In this document: positions 61,007 to 64,000 of the stretch, one piece after another
Layout of the letters: the number at the start of each line of letters is the position of its first letter
How positions within the stretch are numbered: the first letter of the stretch is position 1
The notes under the pieces: model-generated
Database searches by the model: none
Seen by the model: the letters and a program-made list of their open reading frames with translations, nothing else
What the model was told of the DNA's origin: nothing
Assembly: GCF_963506605.1 (NCBI RefSeq)
Contig: NC_083288.1
Location: 43,152,001-43,216,000 of the forward strand
Source: Zootoca vivipara
Lineage: Eukaryota
Length of the DNA: 64,000 nt
Reading direction: 5' to 3'
Position numbers and translations under genes: made by a program

Positions 61007-61805
61007 GGTTGCTGAAGGGTTAACAAAATATCCCAGGGTTGGAGAGGCGGGCCAGTTTGGATGGCCACATGGTTGATTGGTGGGCTGAGCTGTTGCTGGG
61101 GAATTTAGCATGTTGCAAATGATTGATTGACAGCTTTTGCATTTAAATAGGTTGAGCAAGCAGCTTTTTCCCACTTTTGCTGCTTGCATCGAATCTCCCG
61201 CCCGTCTTCCTCTTGTTTTAGGCGTTCCCCCTTGACCTTGCTGCGCCTGTCATGGGGTCGCCTGTTTTGGATCAGGGGCCTGGTAGGAATTTTGCCACTT
61301 GGCTGATTGGCTTGTGCCAGGTGGTTTTTGCCTACTACGCTGCAATAAGTCACAACTTGTAAGGTTGGCGGTTAGGCATTGGTTCAAATAAATTGGTGGA
61401 GGGGTACGGATTTTGGCTGGGCCTGCCCCTCATGGTTGCTGCTGCCTTTTAGGGGTATTCCATTAAAGGAATCCTGGGGCTCTACATGTTTGTCCATTTA
61501 TCCCCGTTAGGGGCCAGGGCCATGCATGAGCCTCGGGGAGCATCTGAGGGATAAGGTCAAGGGCGTGGGCACCTGCCCCGATCTCTCCCAGAGGGTGCTT
61601 ACCTACTGGCTCCCCTACTAGGCTAGTGGGAGTCAGATCTGTCACAGGCGGGGGGCAGATGGCAAGAACCAATGCCTAAGCAACCACTCACATTCAGTTG
61701 TATTTAAATAAAGTTGTGGCCAAAATTAATGCCAAAACCTCAAACTTAAATAATGTGTGATGTGTGAGTTTTTTGGGGGGAATATCTTGGTACCTTGGCA
61801 CACAA
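61007..61805 (+). mobile_element. LTR-like dispersed repeat
   Basis: Homologous to 16536..17297; aataaagttgtggcc near the 3' end. Confidence 0.6.
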
Positions 61806-62040
61806 ATAATCACCCGTTGAAATCTCGCTTCATAGTTCTTTTCAGCTATTTCAGCTCTAAACTACATAGATCTTCATAAATCCCCCCATCGGCTACTCCT
61901 TTGTTTGAAAGTGTACTAGAGTAACATATCCACTACTATACAATGAGCTATAGCAGAGAGAAATAATTTTAAATTAGGTCTCCATAACTTATAGTGAGTT
62001 GTTTGTTTTCCTTAAGGTTTGAATGCAAAGCTCTTTCCAA

Positions 62041-62831
62041 TTGCGTGCCGAGGCCCCCAGAAAATTCCTCCCAATAACTCAGACAGACACTTCATTTTTG
62101 GTTTAGTTTTGGCATTATTTTGGCCACAACTTTATTTAAATTACAATTTTAAATTGAGTGTTGGCCATAGGCTTTGGTTAATCTTCTGCCCCACGGTGGG
62201 ACAGGACCAGCTCCGACTTTCCTACGGTAGGAAAGTCAAGTACACACCTGATAGTGAGGAGATAGCTGTGTCCAGGCCGTCTCCCCACCAGAGATGTTCC
62301 CCAAGTCTCATGCTCTGTATTGTCCCCAGCCCCGCACCATTGCGGGTGTGTAAGGACGAGAGCCCCGAAGCCCCAGGATTCCTTTAACAGAATACTTCTA
62401 TAAGAGCATCCCCGAGGGACATGTACCTCCATGCGATACCCCTCCAAAATTTATCAACCAAAGCCTAACCGCCAACCTAACAAGTTGTGACAATTTGCTA
62501 AGCAGTAGGCAAAAACCAAATGGCAACAGCCAATCAGCCAGATGGCAAAATTCCTACTGGGCCCCCGAATACAGGCAACCCCATAAGGCAAAGCAAGGTC
62601 ACTCTAAACCTGCAAAAGAAAAGGAGGTGGGCGGGAGGGAGATTCAATCACCAAGCAAGATTATGGCTGGATTCTAAGACGCTGAGATTTAAGCACTCGC
62701 CCTGTCAATCAAAGTATTGCTACATGCATTTTACCCCAGCAACACTCAGCCCTCCAATTGCCTCGGCTCCCTTACTTTAGACCCACCCCTAATCACACAC
62801 ACAAACTTTTCTGCTAGGCCCTTCCGCAACA
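62041..62831 (-). mobile_element. LTR-like dispersed repeat (inverted relative to the previous copy)
   Basis: ggccacaactttatt, aacctaacaagttgtgac and agccaatcagcca are reverse complements of blocks in 61007..61805. Confidence 0.6.
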
Positions 62832-63165
62832 CTCATTATTCCCTATAGGGGTTAATGAGCTTTAGCTTATTGGGAATTGAAATGTGCAGGTAATGTCCAA
62901 CCAAATCAAAGTGTGGAACAGCCTAAACTTGAGCAATGGGAGCAGTGGTGGCCCCTACCATCTCAACTTTCAGGGGCACCCTTGCTGACACCAAGATCCA
63001 GCGCCCCCCACCTCTCACCTTCTGTTGGACTTCATGGTTGTGGTTTCTGCTACAGTGCCACAGAAGCTTCACACCCAGTGTGACCAAACTGTGTGACCAA
63101 GCCAACAGTTTGACTGCTCACTCAAGAAGAATATTAACAACAGATTATGCCACTGCAATAAGCCT

Positions 63166-63305
63166 NNNNNNNNNNNNNNNNNNNNNNNNNNNNNNNNNNN
63201 NNNNNNNNNNNNNNNNNNNNNNNNNNNNNNNNNNNNNNNNNNNNNNNNNNNNNNNNNNNNNNNNNNNNNNNNNNNNNNNNNNNNNNNNNNNNNNNNNNNN
63301 NNNNN
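63166..63305. other. Assembly gap (140 N)
   Basis: Run of N. Confidence 0.99.
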
Positions 63306-63522
63306 NTATCACTACCCAAAAGAGTCTCAAAGTGGTTAACATTCTCCTTTCCCTTCCTCCCCCACAACAAACACCCTGTGAGGTGAGTGAGGCTGAGAGA
63401 CTTCAGAGAAGTGTGACTAGCCTAAGGTGACCCAGCAGCTGCATATGAAGGAGCGGAGACGCGAACCCGGTTCCCCAGATTACGAGTCTACCGCTCTTAC
63501 CCACTACACCACACTGGCTCTC
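63306..63522 (-). mobile_element. tRNA/CORE-type (MIR-like) SINE, cut by the gap
   Basis: cacaacaaacaccctgtgaggt..gaggctgagaga..cctaaggtgacccagc..gaacccggttccccag..accactacaccacactggc. Confidence 0.65.
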
Positions 63523-64000
63523 CACCACACTTAAAAGGTTAGCTGAAGCTGCTGTTGCTGGCGTAGGTTTAAAAAGCACTTTGCAGCTTGGGACAGGGTA
63601 AAAGGACATTTTTATTTTTATTTTTATTTTTCTTATCCTTATCCTTATCCTTACCCTAACCCTTCATAATATGTCCCACCTTTCCCCGAGTCTGGGACTC
63701 AATGTGTGGCTTACACACATAAAGTAGAACAAGCTAAAGACATAGAAAAGAGAACCATTAAAATGCAATTAAACCACAATAGAATTAAAATAACATTAAA
63801 AGATCCATTTGAAATTGACCCCTTATATGTTGAACTAATCACTACACTGTGCAAGAGAGATTCTCCTGCATCGACCATCTCATCAGGTGGTCCTTTCCTT
63901 TGAAATGGAGCTCTTACAAAATGGACCTGGGCCATTCTGCAAGCAAAGCAGGTTCATTATATGTGGGTGTTAGATTTTCTCTCTAGTTTTGTGGGACACA

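Noticed and set aside
62936-63430. 164-aa ORF
   Set aside because: Artefact of reading through the N gap.

Overview
Vertebrate (squamate, most likely lacertid lizard; inferred from Sauria SINE, BovB and L2 content) genomic DNA. It holds a tandem, all + strand cluster of six vomeronasal type-2 receptor (V2R, class C GPCR) genes: the 3' half of one (exons 4-6) and five complete six-exon genes whose exons I could join in frame with GT-AG splice sites (873-895 aa). There is also an orphan V2R exon-2 relic. Introns and spacers are packed with BovB/RTE, L2, CR1 and L1/Tx1-like LINE fragments, Sauria and tRNA-derived SINEs, hAT and Tc1/mariner MITEs, solo LTRs and microsatellites, and there is a 140-N gap at 63166-63305. 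The most interesting signal is a family of short, palindromic Penelope-like insertions (four copies, three with clear TSDs) carrying minimal type-I hammerhead ribozyme motifs; one copy has an intact motif on each strand inside a V2R intron. Other observations: a V2R pair with an altered ICL3/TM6 motif, gene-conversion mosaics, conserved HD/O-E-like promoter modules, and several template-switch/duplication scars.
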